Below, piece after piece: positions 61,945 to 64,000 of a stretch of 64,000 nt of DNA. Where the stretch lies: NCBI RefSeq assembly GCF_963921235.1, contig NC_086126.1, positions 18,290,001-18,354,000 of the forward strand, in the 5' to 3' direction. The position numbers and the translations under genes are program-made. A model generated the notes under the pieces. It had not been told where the DNA came from. It was given only the letters and a program-made list of their open reading frames with translations, and made no database searches. Positions within the stretch are counted from its first letter, which is position 1. Each line of letters begins with the position of its first letter. This DNA comes from Mobula hypostoma (Eukaryota).

Positions 61945-64000
61945 ACTATAGAGTCTCTATGGGTGGAGATTAGGAACAGGAAGGGGTCAATTACTCTACT
62001 GGGTGGTTTTCATAGGCCACCCAATAGTAACAGGGATATCGAGGAGCAGATAGGGAAACAGATCCTGGAAACGAGTAATAACAACAGAGTTGTCATGGTA
62101 GGAGATTTTAATTTCCCAAATATCGACTGGCATCTCCCCGAGCAAGGGGTTTAGATAGGGTGGAGTTTGTTAGGTGTGTTCAGGAAGGTTTCTTGACAAT
62201 GTGTAGATAAACCTACAAGAGGAGAGACTGTACTTGATTTGGTACTGGGAAATGAACCTGGTCAGGTGTCAGTTCTCTCAGCAGGAGAGCATTTTGGACA
62301 TAGTGATCATAATTCTATTTCCTTTACAATAGCACTGGGAGAGATAGGAACAGACAAGTTAGAAAAGTGTTTAATTGGAGTAAGGGGAATTATGAGGCTA
62401 TCAGGCAGAAACTTGGAAGCTTAAATTGGGAACAGATGTTCTCAGGGAAAGGTACGGAAGAAATGTGGCAAATGTTCAGGGGATATTCGTGTGAAGTTCT
62501 GCATAGGAATGTTCCAATGAGACAGGGAAGTTATGGTAGGGTACAGGAACCGTGGTGTACAAAGGCTGTAATAAATCTCGTCAAGAGGAAAAGAAAAGCT
62601 TACAAAAGGTTAAGAGAGCTAGGTACTGTTAGAGATCTAGAAGATTGTCAGGCTAACAGGAAGGAGCTTAAGAAGGAAATTAGGAGAGCCAGAAGGGGCC
62701 ATGAGAAGGCCTTGGCGGGCAGGATTAAGGAAAACCCCAAGACACTCTACAAGTATGTGAACAGCAAGAGGTTAAGATATGAAAGAATAGGACCTATCAA
62801 GTGTGACAGTGGGAAAGTGTGTATGGAACTGGAGGAAATAGCAGAGGTACTTAATGAATACTTTACTTCAATATTCACTACAGAAAAGGATCTTGATGAT
62901 TTTAGTGATGACTTGCAGCGGACTGAAAAGCTTGAGCATGTAGATATTAAGAAAGTGGATGTGCTGGAGCTTTTGGAAAGCATCAGGTTGGATAAGTCGC
63001 CGGGACCGGATGAGATGTACCCCAGGATACTGCGGGAGGCGAGGGAGGAGATTGCTGAGCCTCTGGCAATGATCTTTGCATCATCAATGGGGACAGGAGA
63101 GGTTCCGGAGGATTGCGGATGTTGTTCCCTCATTCAAGAAAGGGAGTAGAGATAGCTCCGGAAATTATAGACCAGTGAGTCTTACTTCAGTGGTTGGTAA
63201 GCTGATGAAGAAGGTTGTGAGAGGCAGGATTTATGAACATTTGGAGAGGTATAATATGATTAGGAATAGTCAGCATGGCTTTGTCAAGGGCAGATCGTGC
63301 CTTACAAGCCTGATTGAATTTTTTGAGGATGTGACTGAACACATTGATGAAGATAGAGCAGTAGGTGCAGTGTATATGGATTTCAGCAAGGCATTTGATA
63401 AGGTACCCTATGCAAGGCTTATTGAGAAAGTAAGGAGGCATGGGATCCAAGGGGACAATGTTTTGCAGATCCAGAACTGGCTTGCCCACAGAAGGCAAAG
63501 AGTGGTTGTAAATGGGTCATATTCTGCATGGAGGTCGGTGACCAGTGGTGTGCCTCAGGGATCTGTTCTGGGACCCCTACTCTTTGTGATTTTTATAAAT
63601 GACCTGGATGAGGAAGTGAAGGATGGGTTAGTAAGTTTGCTGATGACACAAAGATTGGGGGTGTTGTGGATAGTGTGGAGGGCTGTCAGAGATTACAGCG
63701 GGACATTGATAGGATGCAAAACTGGGCTGAGAAGTGGCAGATGGAGTTCAACCCAGATAAGTGTGAAGTGGTTCATTTTGGTAGGTCAAATATGATGACA
63801 GTATATAGTATTAATGGTAAGACCCTTCGCAGTGTGGAGGACCAGAGGGATCTTGGGGTCAGAGTCCATTGGACGCTCAAAGCAGCTGCGCTGGTTGACT
63901 ATGTGGTAAAGAAGGCATACGGTTCATTGGCCTTCATCAACCGTGGAATTGAGGTAATGTTGCAGCTCGATAGGACCTTGGTCAGACCCACTTGGAGTAC
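61945..64000 (+). mobile_element. CR1 LINE ORF2 (APE and RT), frameshifted, running off the window
   Basis: [47 protein letters not shown]. Confidence 0.92.

Overview
Eukaryotic, repeat-dense vertebrate DNA, most likely a cartilaginous fish (ray or shark). That assignment is inferred from the mix of CR1, Rex1/Babar, Neptune-type Penelope, V-SINE and Tc1 repeats. Recognisable host genes are three tRNA genes (Asp-GTC, probably decayed; Asn-GTT; Gly-TCC) and four replication-dependent histone genes with 3' stem-loops (H4, H3.2-type, a divergent H1, a Cys-substituted H2B). No H2A was seen. The rest is mostly nested transposon debris, including a decayed endogenous retrovirus (gag/env remnants, about 330-4330). 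Highlights: (1) a Penelope-like element carrying minimal hammerhead ribozymes, inserted at the 5' end of the tRNA-Asp gene with a 13-bp target duplication; (2) several short Penelope tails whose 5' ends map to the ribozyme; (3) an indel-free 32 x 27-bp CpG-rich minisatellite within the histone region that reads as (RKASQGRTN)n; (4) unusual histone substitutions and an orphan histone-type promoter. Repeat-family names come from motif recognition without database searches, and boundaries of old repeats are approximate.
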